64,000 nucleotides of DNA from Amoebidium appalachense (GCA_963693365.1 CAVNZM010000014.1:5890001-5954000); one strand, 5' to 3'; positions 24,395 through 45,838 are shown, counted from the first letter of the stretch. The notes: generated by a model not told the origin, from the sequence alone. Numbers and translations: made by a program.

Positions 24395-25642
24395 ATCTAG
24401 TTGCCGTCACACACACACATCCATGCACCCACGCACGCACGGAGGCCGCGGCATAAGCACACGCACATACAAACGTGCACCCGCACACAGTCGCACACAC
24501 GCGGCAACACGGACAAGCTCACACGTGAACACACAAACATGCACAAACTCACTAACATATGTGTACGCGCACACGCACACAATAGGTATGACTGGTTGGG
24601 CCTTCCACTTATGTAATTAACTCTGTAGATGATTGAGACCCACCCACCCCGTTAACGGTTAGCTTTTTTTTTTTTTGGGGGGGGGGGGGGGGGAGGGGGG
24701 GGAGGGCCGAGATGGGGGGGGGGGGGGGGGGGGGGGGGGGGGAGAATCGAATCGCAGAGAGGACCCTCTGCAGAGATACCTCTCAACTTAATTTAACTCA
24801 ACTCATTTTTTCTGCGCAGACAGCTGGGAAGTGAAGGTAGCAAACCCCCCATCCCAGTCCCCCCCCCCCAACCCCCCTCCTCCGGGGAGGCGGGGAGGGG
24901 GCGGGGGGAGGGGGGGGGGGGGGGGGGGGGTGGACACGTCAATCTCTCAAGACTATTAGTCCCCAGGCACTCGCAGCCCCCCTCCCGGCCTCCCCGGAGG
25001 CTCCCCCCCCCCCCCCCCCCCTTCCCCTCCCTCCCAAACGTCGGTGTAGGGAGGAGGGAACCACCAGAGCGAATGCTATTCTGGCTTTCCTAACTACTTA
25101 TACCCTCCCTTCTGTCCCATTACTTCCAAGTTCCTTCCGAATTCAAAAATGCCTCATGCATTATTATACAGTCCAGACCTCCTTTCTTCTGCCTCTTTCA
25201 CCATAATCGACGTCGGAGGCAGCTGTGGGGTGGGGCTCGAGACTCTGCTCGAATGCTTGGTCAAGAGAGAGGGGGGGGGGGGGGGGGGGGGGGGGGGGAG
25301 AGGGGCGGGGAGGGTGGGGGGGGGGAAAGAGAAAGAACGAGAGAGAAGATGAGAGGGGACTGAGGGGGGAGGAGAATGAGCGGTAGGTCTAACATAGATA
25401 GGGGAAGAGTGCCACGAGAGAGAAGGGGGGGGGGGGGGGGTAGGAGGGGGGGGGGGGGGAGGGAGAGGGAGACTGAGGGGGGGGGGGGGGGGGGGAGGGG
25501 GGGAAGATAGAGATAGAGATAGAGATAGAGACCTTAGAAAGAGAGAGAGAGAGAGAGGGGGGGGGGGGGGGGGAGAGAGAGAGAGGGAGAGAGGGAAAGA
25601 GAGAGAGGAGGGGGGGAGGGAGGGAGGGAGAGAGAGAGAGAG

Positions 25643-25721
<79 letters not shown>

Positions 25722-27175
25722 CACTCAGAGAGGGAGAGAGGGATGGAGGGAGGGGGAGGCGGCCTAGCACTAGGGATGCAGGGAGAGAGTTCTGCTCTTG
25801 AATCCTAGGCTATAGTCGGTGGAATTGAGGGGCCCCTAGGCCTATGTGACTAGCTATCTATTTTGTCCGGATGGGGCTCAGTCTTGGCCTCCGCGGGATT
25901 AAAACGGGATAAGTAACAATTCAAGAAAAAAAGGAACTTCGTCGGTCAGCTGCTGCTGTCTTGCCTTTCCAATACAAACACTGTCAGGGCGTGGCTCACT
26001 ATACAGTTCTCACATGCGGTGTGTACGCGGAAATGGGTGGAGCCGTGAGCATTTCTCGACTCAGCATGCATGCCTCACTCAACGAAGTGCGTGAAAACTG
26101 TATGGCAGCCATAGCTTTGCAGGATTCGGAAAAGTAGCGGAAGCCCACTGAGCCTCACGAACGACATTAGCAGTGTACAAATGCTAACACACGTGTCGGT
26201 CATATTATGCATGCATATGCACAAGGCTCTAATAAATGCCATGCGACCAGACCACACCCACGCACGCACACGTGGTTCACATATATGCATTCACAACAAT
26301 TCTGCTAGTCGCGTTTCGTGAATAAATAGCGAGCTGACCAACATAAAATTTGTGACGGCCAATTCACCAACAAACATGTGCAACCTCGGACACACGCGTG
26401 GTTTCAAAGTTTATTCAGACGGCCTATTCAGATCTATTTCGCATTCCACGCGCGTTGCGAGCCAATCAGACCAATCCACCACGGCACCACTTGGACATTT
26501 GGTCGGACACTTCAAGTCAACACATGTGCACGCGCATCAGTGCACACTCCTATATAGGCTAAGGATACACATTTATAGGCACTGCTCTAATAATTTTCCC
26601 CCACTGCTTCTTGTTGGGCGGATATTGAAGTGGTATTAATAGCTATAGCTCACGTCCATGCAAGAATATGAGGCGTGAGAATAAAAAAGCGCCGACACCC
26701 GGCGGCTGCCGCCCACTCACCGTGCATGAAGTACCGTACCTCCTATACTCGTTTGGGGTTATCCAACAAAGAAACACCTGCGGGATACATCTGCCAAAGT
26801 GCACTCGTAATATTCATCCTTCATTCAACAAAGCTTCATTATACGCGTGCATAGGCATCACAGGTTTTAATTTTTTACTTGAAAATGTAGCTGCTTCAAA
26901 TTCTTTTATAAAAACCACAATCGTTTCAAAGAATTTATTTAGAGATGTTATGTACATTGATGGATACTTGAAATTTGGATAGCTTGGTAGATTTGCCGAA
27001 TCGTAATCACAGGCGTCACGCTGCTACAGGGCAGGAAATTACACTGTTTTCGGAAGTAAATATACCGTTAATTTTTAGAAAGTACCAGTAAAGCCTGGGA
27101 CTTAGTTCCACCTGAGTTGGAGGTTTGGGAAGTAAATAAAAAGAAGAGTGCCCCCCTCCCCCTCCCCCCCCCCCC

Positions 27176-27210
<35 letters not shown>

Positions 27211-28722
27211 CGGCCCAAAGCTGGAACTCTCAGTTTTTTCCTGGGAAAACACTGGAACTTTTTTTTTTTTTCTTTTGACTCGGTTTTATTGATCCGATGA
27301 TGAAGGCAACGTGCAGCCACAGGCTACATAACCACCAATAGAACTGGAAAAGCCAAAGCTACGAAATAAAAATAAAGCGACAAGTGACAAAGAACACCAG
27401 CGGGCAAAACCTTAAGTGTACGTGTATGCGTGAAACTAGTTTGCTCCAACTAGGATCATATGCATCGATGTTGACCAGAGTGCACACTCCGCAAGAAGAC
27501 ATCATTACTGCTGCTTCCCAACAGGCCCCCCTCAAAACCTACCGAGGCACAGCAAGCAAGTCAGCCTCTAAAAGAGCAATGCAAACCAAATCTGAGCTAA
27601 AAAACAATCCCAACGGGCCCGGCCCCTAGAAAACCCGGAGAAACTGCATCCAGCTCTCTGATAAGGTGGCCTAGTTGTGGCAGGACACACAATTGACTGG
27701 ATTTATGGTATTCGACGGAAAGATACTATGAAGAAGTAAATATCTCCGGGCAAAAATAGGCGGCGATCCGCCAGGTGCCAAAATACAGTAATCCTAAAAT
27801 GTAATTTCTAGCCCTGCGCTGCTATGCATACCAGGACAGTGTCACTAGCATTCTGGCAACAGGACCAAAAAAATAGAAACCACTATCACATTGTATTAGA
27901 TAGTATATAGTGTATATTGAACTGTATTCACCCACTGTGACCATCTACGGTACGTATTTTTTTTTTTGACTATTTTCTTTGAGCATGCATGGTATACTAT
28001 TCACACTGTACATAGGTCTGGTTCTGCGGAATAACCGGGTGAACAGGAACGCCTTGCGGAATGTTCCCCCTCTACACCCTTCACCTAATTTTGATCACTT
28101 TGTTCGCGAGTCTCAGCCGCGTCGCGATCGGTCCGCGGGGGGCGGGGGGCGCTCTCTCGGTTCAACATAGTATGTTTTTGTAGTTCAGTAATGGGAACAC
28201 GTATACAATGTGCATGCGTGGGGAGTGAGGTTTGTTTAGCAGGAAATCTTGAGGATTCAACGTGAAAAATCATATAATGTTATCTAGGAACCTGAAGATA
28301 GACAGGTGCATCCAGGCTTTTCTTTCTCCCTCTCCAGACACCTACAATAGGTCCGTGACCCTACACGTCTCTAGTTTGCTTCCAAACATGACAGTTCAGT
28401 TGCACAGTATGGGTAGCATTTATCTTGTTTCAAGCTTAGTCGTGTAACTGGCAGGCATGGAGCCAGCTTTCTGCTCAAATACAGAGTTCGCTTTTGTTTT
28501 TCTCTCTCTCTCCCAGGTTTCTCGGCATATCTCTACCTCTGCTATTGTCCTGCAATGCAATTGATAGAACCATAGAAATAGACTTCAAGTAGTACCTCAA
28601 GGAATGGCTTCAGGCGAAATAACACCAGTTTCTTGTGCCAGAAGCCATTAACTATAACCCTAGCACCCATATATCACTACACTACACAAGCTACCTACAA
28701 TGCTCTTGTTTTCACAGCAAAC

Positions 28723-34610
<5,888 letters not shown>

Positions 34611-34611
34611 G

Positions 34612-34645
<34 letters not shown>

Positions 34646-34721
34646 GTGTGCGTGTGTGTTTGGGGGAAAAAGGGGGAGGGGGGGGGGGGGGGGGGGGGGG
34701 GGAGGGGGGGGGGGGGGGGGG

Positions 34722-34757
<36 letters not shown>

Positions 34758-35309
34758 TTGTGTGTGTTTGTATTGTACATGGTATGAATGTACGTATGGT
34801 TAGTAGGTGAAGGTGATTCCTGGTTAGCACAGAATGTTTTTTTGTTTTGCTTTGTTTTTTTTTGTTTGTTTTTTTCTTTGTACCCCCCCCCCCCCCCCCC
34901 CCCCCCAGCTTGGTTAGGGCATGTTATCTAGCAATTTCAACAGAATGTTAAAAGATATTATGTGCTGATGAAAGTAGGTGATGAAATTTAAATCTGTTCG
35001 AAAGGTAACATAAGATATATTTTAGAGCTAAGAGCCTAGGAATATATACGGAAATGTAAGGTGCATTTTCAGTAATCATCCCGTGAATCTACGGTAAGAA
35101 TGGTGTTTTGATGAAATTTTTAGTTAGATTCCTATTGTTTCTCCCATCTATCGATTTATTAATTCACCCAGTTATACTAAATGCATGTAACCCATACGAG
35201 CACCCAATTTTAGAACCACACCTAATAATTATTGCATAAATATGGCAATTATTTCGACCTTTAGGAAATCTGGGGGTTAAATGATCTTGCGATTATAGTG
35301 GGATTGCAT

Positions 35310-35672
35310 TAGTCACTTTGAGTGCTGTCTCCCTGTGGCCTATAACATACTTTGTATGTTGCCGCAGGCGACAGTCACTAGACAAAGTTTGATCGTGCGT
35401 AATCGGATCTAGATTTACGAGTGGTGATTGGTTCAAAATGACGTAAGCCCAGCCTATTAGTAAAAGTAAGACACGATTCGCCTGCCCAGGCTTTTTAACT
35501 TAATAAGATTGAAAATTTGCTTTAGAACTTTTGAGCATTCCCATTGGTCATTACATATTGAGCGATTTGATTGGTCATTACAGCCAGAAGGACCCCGCCG
35601 GAGACATCCCGCAGTGTCGTAGGCCGCCCCGGCCACTTACGTAAGCCAGCAGGTACAAAGCTTTGGAGACTA
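35310..35672 (-). mobile_element. MITE-like dispersed repeat, family A, copy 2
   Basis: Reverse-complement match to 22923-23267 (e.g. GCTGGCTTACGTAAGTGGCCGGGGCGGCCTACGAC and TCAAACTTTGTCTAGTGACTGTCGCCTGCGGCAACATA); ends TAGTCAC...GAGACTA. Confidence 0.7.
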
Positions 35673-35894
35673 GGACTGCATTATATGGTACAGAAAAGGC
35701 TACGCTGAGGAATGGCGGTTGAGCCATCAAGTATTTGTACATGGAAGTGTGCACGCTCTGAATACAATTTGCAAAGATGTTAAGGGCCCTAACATGTGCG
35801 CGTTTTGTGTGGCTGTGCGTGGACTTTCGCTGTGCAGCTGGCTGTGTGTGTGTGTGTGCATGCGTGCGTGTGTGCGTGCGTAAGTGTGTGTGTC

Positions 35895-35987
<93 letters not shown>

Positions 35988-36128
35988 CTGTGTGAGTGTG
36001 TGCGCGCGCAAGAATGCATGTGTGACCTTTCGCTGTGCAGATGGTGATGGTCCGGTAGGGTGTAGGGGGCTTTTCTCTTTTTCTTTTTCTATTTGTACGT
36101 GGTGGTGGTGGTTGCGGTGGTTGGGGCC

Positions 36129-36175
<47 letters not shown>

Positions 36176-37100
36176 CGGGATGGACGCACGGAATGTTTTT
36201 GCACTAGGAATTTCTTGCACGAGCCGCAATCATTGGCCGGTTTTACGTAGTTGGTTTTCAACCGCGGGTATCATATTGGGTATATGCATATGTCCGTGTA
36301 TGAGGTATGATGAATGCGTATGCTGATATAGCTTAAAATCTGTTCATATCGAACCTCGTAACTGATATTAGCAAACAAAAGTCAGCATTGAGGGGGGTTT
36401 CTTTTAGGCCGCTTAATTGGGCCACATTCCAGCAGATCCGGGTCAAGCCACATAAGTCAAAATTTGGAACTGCAATGCTAACACTTGGTTATTCATTTTT
36501 CATATGGCACATTTTTCTTTTGTTTTTTTCCCTTCTCTTCTTCTTCTTTTTTTTTTTTTGGTTGCATTATGACAGGGGGGTTTACGCACTATTATGACAC
36601 ATTTATGCCTTGCTGAAGGCAAAACTGTCGGTTACCGGGACCGGCTCTGATGCGCAGCAGGCCAATCACATAGCTATAAACCCCTCTGACCCGGCCCGAC
36701 CCGAAAACTAAAAGAAACCCCCTTTAAAAATACCGTCCCCCTAACCGCCATTACATTGTCACGTGCCGCCCTCCTGCGCGGGGGGGGGGGGGGGGGGGGG
36801 GGAGAATGTACACTGAATGACTTGATGGTTTAGACTCGATGATTTGTGTGTTGACTTATAGGCGCAGAGACAACTGCATCCAAAACTGTTCATGGTCACA
36901 TGGCATAATACTGTATGGTCCAATCATCACGCTCCTTTAAATTGGCCCATTCTCTCTGACTGGTTACCCCCACCACTTACCAATGCGGCCAAGTTAACGT
37001 TCGTCTAAAGATGGTTTTAGCATAATTTAAGGGAACTGCCAGTGATTCCTGCCTCCGGGGGGGTGGGGAGGGGGTGGGGGGATGGGGTGAGGGGGTGGGG

Positions 37101-37155
<55 letters not shown>

Positions 37156-37183
37156 GGGGTTGGTTTTTTTTTTTTTTTTTTTT

Positions 37184-37216
<33 letters not shown>

Positions 37217-38348
37217 GAAGGGGCAGTGGGTTGCACAATTACAACAATACATACAATAATCACGACGGATAATGAATACAAAGCTGATTTTGCAGAGCTA
37301 GCATGCGGGGCACATACAATGAGTATGCATCATAAAATTGCCCATGCTCACAGGGAAACAAAGTCATCTATGGCATACAAAACCCAACTCAGATACTGCT
37401 TCACTTGAACATGGGCTTCATTGATTAGATACGAGCGGCATCATCCATGCAATCAGGCGTCAAAGGTAAAAGTAAGATCTGTGGGAAGGGCCGGGGATTA
37501 AGGTTGCAGCGGTAAGCCTAGGGGGACGGGGTCAATGTGATTCTATGTATGCGTGATGGGCACACGTCTCGTGTCCACCTGTACATGGGCACAATAATGT
37601 ATTGAAAAAAGAATGTCGGGGGGGGGAGGGGGTAGTTAAGATAATCGTTATATTTTTAGTTAAGATAAAATAAAGATATTATGACAACAGAGCAAATAAG
37701 GAGTAGGCGCCAAACAGCACCCAATCGCGGGTAAGGAGGGGAGGGGGGGGGGGGGGGGGGGGGGGAGGCGAGAGGAAGCGGAGAGGAGGGGAGGGAGCGG
37801 AGGGGGGTGGAGGGGGGAAGGATAGCAGGAAAAGCCATGGAATAACCAAAACACTGCGGCAAAGGTTCACAAGGATATTCGTCTTACTTTAGGCCCGCCG
37901 GGGGCTAAGCTGGACACTAAAACCCAAAAAACGGTAATATCAAAACGGTATTGTCAAAAACACTCACAGAGCAACGATTAAACCCACAGCACTAAGTGCC
38001 ACAGGCACAACCAGCATACGACAAGTAGACATTACGCAATAAAAAAACCGGTAAACTTCAAACACTCGTAAAAAGAAAACCTGTATATCAATAACCAAAG
38101 AGAAACGTATGCTAGTTCTTTCAGGCAATGGCACAATGCAAAATATTGAACATGATGCGTTAAATTTATCTGACAACGTTGTTTAGCTATTTGTCCCCGG
38201 AATCACGGTTTCGAGGCTGATATTTGTTACACATAAAACAGTACTATACACTACTTTATAAAATGCCCGTCTACTTTTTGCTTACCCTACTCTATCCCTC
38301 CCCATCCCTCTCCCCCCGGACACACACACGCACGCACGCACACACACG

Positions 38349-38387
<39 letters not shown>

Positions 38388-38444
38388 TGACACCAACCCA
38401 CACCCAACCGAAAGTCGTTTTTCACACAACCACTTATCCCATGT

Positions 38445-38479
<35 letters not shown>

Positions 38480-38482
38480 TCC

Positions 38483-38513
<31 letters not shown>

Positions 38514-38566
38514 AAAAAAAAAAAAAAGCCAGCATTTCCCATATTCCGTTTTCACATCATCTAATA

Positions 38567-39837
38567 TTAGACGAGAGGCACCAGGGGGAAGGTAAACCAC
38601 TGGGTCCTATCCCTCTCTTTGCATTCGACCATTGCAATCTTACTGCTCGACTGTGTCATGCAATGCCCCGTAGCCTCATTCCGTACCCATTTCTTGGCCC
38701 TCTGTTCATACACCCACCTCCAACGTTGGTTCTTTGCCTTATCGTCACACTCAACTATCTGCGAATATCCATCTTGGTCGGCTATGCACATCCTATCCTT
38801 CTTCCCAGCAGCAATCTCCAACTTGAATGGGGTGCCATTCCAATCCATGTTGTTGGTGAACAGAAACCGCACCGACTTGTTCGCAGAGCAACTGTACGAC
38901 CCCCCCAGTACATCCACCGACGTGCCATTAACATTCGTTGTAGATACGCTGGTGCAATTGTCGTAAGATTGGTCGAGATTCAGCCCGGCGTAGAGTTGTC
39001 TTGGGTATATCCACTCCGATTCTCTAGACACCCCCATATCCTGACACTGGTTAAGAGGACGTACCGTAGCTGCGAGATATTCCGTGTATTTTGTTATCAC
39101 GACAGGAACGGAGACCGAACGGGCGGAAGAAGGAGCCAGAACACACGTGAAGTTTCCAATCGTAAGAATGGGTGGTGGGGCCCATTCTTGGTCATGACTG
39201 CCGACGCAAACCTCAAACCCGGCAGGGGAAGTTATTCCCTTCCCGAGTTTCCACGTCACTTTTACGGGGATCTCAACATCTGCTTGTGTGGTAACCAATT
39301 TACCCGACGACAATCCGACGAACGTCACGGATTTCGAGTTGAATTCGGGAGGTGATTTCTTCGAGCAGAAATTTTCGTACGAGGCTGTGTCGACTTTCCC
39401 CTCTTTCACAACTTTAACTGGCGCATATTCCGAGACTCCACCCTTCGAGTTTTCCGCTCGAACCCGGGGGTTTGCAAATCTTCCCTCTATTTCCTCAACA
39501 AGGTAGAGAGAGTCGCCATTGTTGTAGGTTGTGTTCTCCGTGATTATGCATTTCTCTCTCCTCCACAAGTCAAGGGAATCAAAGCAAAACCGATATCTGT
39601 CAGCCCCTTTTACAGGGTCCCATGAACAGGACACTTCGTACACTTTGATAACGTTGTTGTTGCTGGAGTACGTATTGCGCACAATAGCAGTTGCGTTTTC
39701 GGGGGGGGGTCTAGCATTTGCGTCTTCAATGTAACGGAACGCTGGGGGGTGGTTTCCCTTCGGTAATAGTGGCTATGGGGTGATGTGGCATGCGCTGCAA
39801 CGAGGCAGGCAGCCAAACAAACAAATACCTTATTCAT
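38567..39837 (-). CDS. Secreted protein with FN3-like beta domain(s) and a C-terminal ricin B-type lectin region; frameshift at G9 run 39701-39709
   Basis: Signal peptide MNKVFVCLAACLVAAHA (ORF 39610-39858) would join ORF 38567-39682 with one more C in the run, giving MLDPPPENATAIV..CSWDPVKGADRYRF..RVRAENSKGGVSEYA. Ricin-like motifs MCI...IVECD...NQRW, RNEATGHCM...MVEC...TQWF. Confidence 0.65.
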
Positions 39838-41134
39838 GCTTAAGGATGGGACTAGCATGACAAGTGATCTATTCTATGTGATGCACCTTTGTTGAAGTGT
39901 CTGAAGTGATGTGATTATAAAAATTGATTATGTAACGTACGCATGTGAAAATTCTGGCGGATACTAGAGGAAGACTTGTAACCTAGTTATCCTAGTTATG
40001 AGGGATGCAAAATACAATAGAAAACTACTGTGTGCGTGAACAACTATGATGCCGACAGATGCCGACTGTATTCACCGAGTCCGAATGAGTCTGAATGGAG
40101 GCGGGCTGACGGGCGTAGGTTTAATATACCGGCTGGATGCCAGTAACCAATCACAAAGGCGATAATACAAATGCATGATGTTCCGCTAATCAACTCTTGC
40201 CGTAATCTATGGCGCAGATTCCGGAAGGTCCTAGTGTGCCGCTAATCCAAGGCATGCAGGGTCATAAAACAGACACAAATGCTTGTTTTTCTGAATTAAA
40301 ACAGGTATATATTTTAATCTTCGTATGTATATTGTATTAATGTTGTTTGCATACACATAAACTGATATGCATACTGATTTGGCCCGAGGCTAGCCCAAAT
40401 TCCTGTGGTGCTGAGTTATGCCTTTTGGCCTATCGTGTACGTTTTTGATCCGCACCATTCGCCGCAGAATGGCATGCATCCAGCATTAGTCATACTATAG
40501 TCTGTTTTTGTCGTAGTACATGCTTTCGTATGATTTTCGGCCTTTTTGGTGACTATAAAACACAAGTATCATATATTTGTAGTAAATAGTCATATTTGGT
40601 GTTTTCTGTCTCCGTGTGCATCTTCTGCTTGCTGGATGACTTCGACAAATGCCCGGGGCTCCGGGCCAGGCGAGCCCAGAAGGAAGTAAATTCTGATTGG
40701 TAGTTTAGGTTAAATGAAAGCCAACGCTGATTGGATTCCAGTTTTGTTGTTCACCATATATGGGTATCATGAGCCACGCCAAAAACCAATCAGAAAAGGC
40801 TACACTAGTTTATGTGGCATTTAAATTTTTGGCGCGCTGCGCGCTGCGGCTGCACGGTGCGTGCGTGCGGATCTTTTGCCTGCGTCGGTCTTTCCTCGCC
40901 CAGGCAACCAGGTGTCCTCCTGGGATTTATGCCGGGGTTCACACACAGATGTTCACAGCCAGAATTCCAGGGCTACACTAATATGTAACACTATGGCATT
41001 ATAAAGACATTTCTTACACCATAAAGGCTCCTTTCCCAGGGCTGTGAGAATGGAGCATTCTCAATCCTCAACCGTGCCCACCGTGACGGGTACATCATGT
41101 TGGTGGTAGAAGAATCGGATTTATGGACTGGTGC

Positions 41135-41710
<576 letters not shown>

Positions 41711-42833
41711 GGGTGGGTGGGTGGGTGTGGGTGTGACGTATGACTGTGCGCGTGTGGTGCGTCCTTGCGTGCGTGGGTGTATGTGTGACTGTTACCATGA
41801 AGGCCTGTGTGTGGCTTTGTGCAGGTTGCGTGTGTGTGTGCGTGTATGTGTGTGTGTGTGTGTGTATGTGTGTGTGTGTGTGTGTGTCTCTCTCTGTGTG
41901 TGTGTGTGTGTGTGTGTGTTATGTGCGTGTGTGTGCATGCTTGTGAGCGTGTGCAATTGTACATGCATGCACGTACATGTGCGGACGTGTGTGTATACTG
42001 TGCATGTGTGCTTGTGTACATGTGTGTGTGTGCAAGTGTTAATGCAAAAATTTGTGTGTGCGCGAACGTGTTTGTAGAATTATCTGTGCATTTGTGCTGG
42101 TGTACAGGCACACGGTGTGGTGCGTGAATACGATTTGTGAGTGCTAGTACTAATCAGACAATGAGTGCGTGGGTGAACATGTGTGTGTGATTTGCGTATG
42201 AGTGTGTGTGTGTGTATGTGCGTGTGCCCGTGTGTGTGTTTGTGCGCGTGTGAGAGTCAATGTGTGTGCGTGTGTGCGTGTGCGCGCGCTTTATGTTTAA
42301 GTGTGTGAGTGTGTCTGTTTGTGCGTGTGTGCGCGCTAGGGTGTGTGCGCAATGTTTGGGTGGGTATGTTTTCTGTACAACACATGTGCTCGTAAGCGTG
42401 CATGCGATGGTGTACTGTGTGCTGAGTATGTTGAGCGTATCAACGTATCACTGCATTGAAGATGGTGGCACTGTCCGTACGTTTTACGGTGAATGTCATA
42501 ATACCTGAGTGTGTAATTGTGTTTGTTGATGCACGCGCACGTGCCACGATAAATGCCGCTGATGTGCACTACATTTAATTAAAGTTTGTATGGTCTCGGT
42601 GGCTGTTTTTGCTATATGTAATGATTACGTAATATCTTGTACCGTCGTCTCCAGAGCCTGAGGTTGTTCATGGGTACCGGCCCCGTGAGAGAACTCTGGT
42701 AAAAGATGAGGGCCTGTCGTCTGTGCAACACTTGCCCACCTATCAGCTGATTCTTTTGTTCGATTCGCATAGTGAGTGCAAAATAGCAAAATAGATAATG
42801 TGCAACTTCATCCCGCATTGTTCCCCGCGGCGG

Positions 42834-42873
<40 letters not shown>

Positions 42874-43855
42874 CTTAGGGACCCTCAGTGATCGGAACTA
42901 CTGTCTTCCACTATGCATCGAATTTACCACAGCAAGCCGGGGTGCTAATGGTGCATTCAGCCCAGCTAACACACCTTTAACAATTCTACCTACTAGTACA
43001 TACTTAACCCTGAGGTTTTTTGCCCCAGCCACGTTGGTGGGAATAAAAAGGTGGTAATAAACTAGAGCCTCCGCGTTAAAGACCCCCCCCCCCCTCCACA
43101 CACACACACACACCCACACACACACACAAAGACATCCCTCCCTCCCCCTCCCCCTCCCCCCCCCTCCCCCCCCCCTTTTCCCCCCCGTTCCATCTTAAAT
43201 CACTTTTCACCTCAAATAAAAATACTTGTGTATGTTCGAATTAAAGAACTGATGTACACAAAACAGAGTGACCTACATACAGCCACGTAGCCAAATGTTG
43301 ACGACCGGCCGGCACACACGGGCAGACGTGAATTTTAAAATCGTTATCTATTTTGTCTCTCCATTTAGGTCTCAGCGCTTGCTGTTGTGTCCTCTCCCTC
43401 CCTCTCTCCCTCACCCCCCCCCCCCCCACCCCCCCACCCCCCCCCCTCTCTCTCTCCCTCTCTCCCTTCCTCTCTCTCTCCCTCTCTCTCTCTCTCTCTC
43501 CCTCCCTCCCCCCGCTCCTCTTTTCCCTCCCTCCCCTCTTTCCCCTGTATGGTAATACAGAGGCAACTCAAACAAAACAGCCTGAAAGGAGCCCGATCAT
43601 GATGGTGAATAAAACCAAAGATTAGTCAGCTGCTTAGTTCATCATTGTCTCGTTAATCTATATGTTTTGCTGCGCGGCAAGCTACTATTCCCCCCCCCCC
43701 TCCCCCCCCTTTCCCTCCCCTCCCCTCCTCCTCTCCCTTCCCCCCCTCTTCCCCTTCTCCCCCCTCCCCCCTCCCCCCTACCCTTTCTCCCCTCAAACAA
43801 AAAAGAGGGGGAAGGGGCAATTGAAAGGGAAAAGGGGGGAAAGGGGGGAGAGCCC

Positions 43856-43894
<39 letters not shown>

Positions 43895-44077
43895 AAGGGG
43901 AGGTTCCCCTGGGCTCCCATGCCTCCGTGTCAATTAAATATCCAGAAAACACGGTGCTGTTTTTGTTATGCTCGGTCAGAAAGTGTCGGAAGCGTTGATG
44001 CTATCGAAGCTTCGATTTGATTTTTTTCGACAGAAACCTGAAACTGTGCACTATAACCCCCCCCCCCCCCCCCCCCC

Positions 44078-44112
<35 letters not shown>

Positions 44113-44798
44113 ACCAACTCACCCACCAACTCACCCACCCACCCACCCACCCACCCACCAGGTACCCACCGATGCATATTCTCCCCGTCATTTTCCATCC
44201 CTGGGTAAAGTTACAAGGTTACCAGTGGCCCCTACTTCGGCTCAAGCTTCCTTACTCCCCCTCCCCCGCCCTCGGCTTGTCATATGTAAATGCAATCTGT
44301 GCTGCCGCTATGATACACAACCAAATACATTGGGTCCTGCTGCCTTTCATAGGGGACAGTTCGCCGTGCGATTGTGGGACAACGCCGCTGCTTCCCGACC
44401 AACCGTTTTAATTAGCCAGGAAGCGCGACTAACTACAGGGGGCGACTCCCGTAGTCTGTCCGACAATATACACTGTCATGTTTACACTTGTTCATCTGAT
44501 CTTTTTTTTAAAAAAATTGTTCACTTGAGTACTGCAAAATTTATAGGGTTGAGTGCTAATCGTATCTTGCTACTCGGGTGATATTAACCACACTGTTTGG
44601 TGGGTCGAACTTCTCTTTTTAAACGTCAAAGGGTAGACCGAGAGAAGAGTACAGGTAGTGTAACGTACAAATGAATGACGTGCACGAATATTCCGGACAT
44701 TTTAAATCGTTTTAGTACTGTTGGTTTTATTTGTACTTGCGACCTTTAAAATGGACAGAAACTTTTAAACTTTAAATGCGCTCAGAATCGCGGGTTTC

Positions 44799-44882
44799 AA
44801 TACCGTTGTGCGGTAACCGTTATTATTTTGTAAACTGCGAATAAATACCGTTGTGCGGTAACCGTTATCGTAAACTGCGAAT
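44799..44882. repeat. Tandem ~45-bp duplication
   Basis: AATACCGTTGTGCGGTAACCGTTAT...GTAAACTGCGAAT occurs twice. Confidence 0.8.
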
Positions 44883-45127
44883 TAATACGAACAACTGTTG
44901 TAAACCTGGGCCTGTAACGCTCTCGATATATGGTCTGGTCCCAATAGCTGCTAGAGTATCCTATCTCGCGCTGAAATTCAATAAGCACATAAGCCGCTTA
45001 AAGAAGTATTTGCCCTCCCACCCTCTCTTCTCTATCCGACCTGTCCCCTCCTCACCTCTCCCCCTCTTTCCTCCCCTCTCTCTCCCCTTCTCCCCTGGGC
45101 ACAAATACAAATAAACCCCGCAATAGT

Positions 45128-45718
45128 GTGTGTGTGACTTTGGACTGCCACTTACTTATTAAACATGTACACAATCACAAGATAATCACGCAATATAACA
45201 AATGGAAAAAGATACCACACGACACTAGACCCGATGAAAGCATACACCTTGAAAAACTAAGCCTTATGTCTCGTTTTATATATACTGACCGCCTCAACCA
45301 TATTGCCAAATATGGCACTCGCAAGTGTATAACACCTAAATACATATTACCTTCCTGTAGAACTGGTCTTTCTCTAGCTGATGGTATTATTGATCAATTA
45401 CCACGCTTTTACTGTACACGTGCTATACAGTGGAGATCTAATAAGTATAAGGTGGCATCATTTGCATGCCCAAACAACACACACACACACCAGTTTAACC
45501 GGTCATGTATCGCCAAATGTAGTTTGATAGACCACATAATACCGCAACACACACACGTCACATTCACAACAGACACCCAGAAAGATAGCCTACCTGTAAA
45601 TTACAACATCCTTGATTTTATACTAAACACGCGTAACTACGACCTGTTTATTAGATGTATTGATTGGCTTGAGAAACACATCACTACAAAATTATAGCGC
45701 ACGCGCACACACACACAC

Positions 45719-45767
<49 letters not shown>
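45128..45767 (+). mobile_element. Probable 5'-truncated non-LTR retrotransposon 3' end (ORF2 C-terminus) with a (CA)n tail
   Basis: AT-rich 189-codon frame without an ATG start. The pattern IQWRSNKY...CP...FNRSCIAKC...YNILDFILN..NY.LF..CIDWL resembles, from memory, C-termini of LINE ORF2s of early-diverging fungi. The stop is followed almost directly by (CA)n. Confidence 0.45.
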
Positions 45768-45799
45768 CCAGCTGATACCGAGTGTCCCGAGGGGAGCCC

Positions 45800-45838
<39 letters not shown>

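Noticed and set aside
38387-39355. 322-aa plus-strand ORF, and similar antisense ORFs within the copia and the transporter
   Set aside because: They overlap well-supported genes on the opposite strand and show no motifs.
42612-44411. Possible minus-strand multi-exon gene (MKGSRTQCIWLCIIAAAQIAF.. near 44350)
   Set aside because: No consistent exon chain or recognisable domain; needs RNA-seq.
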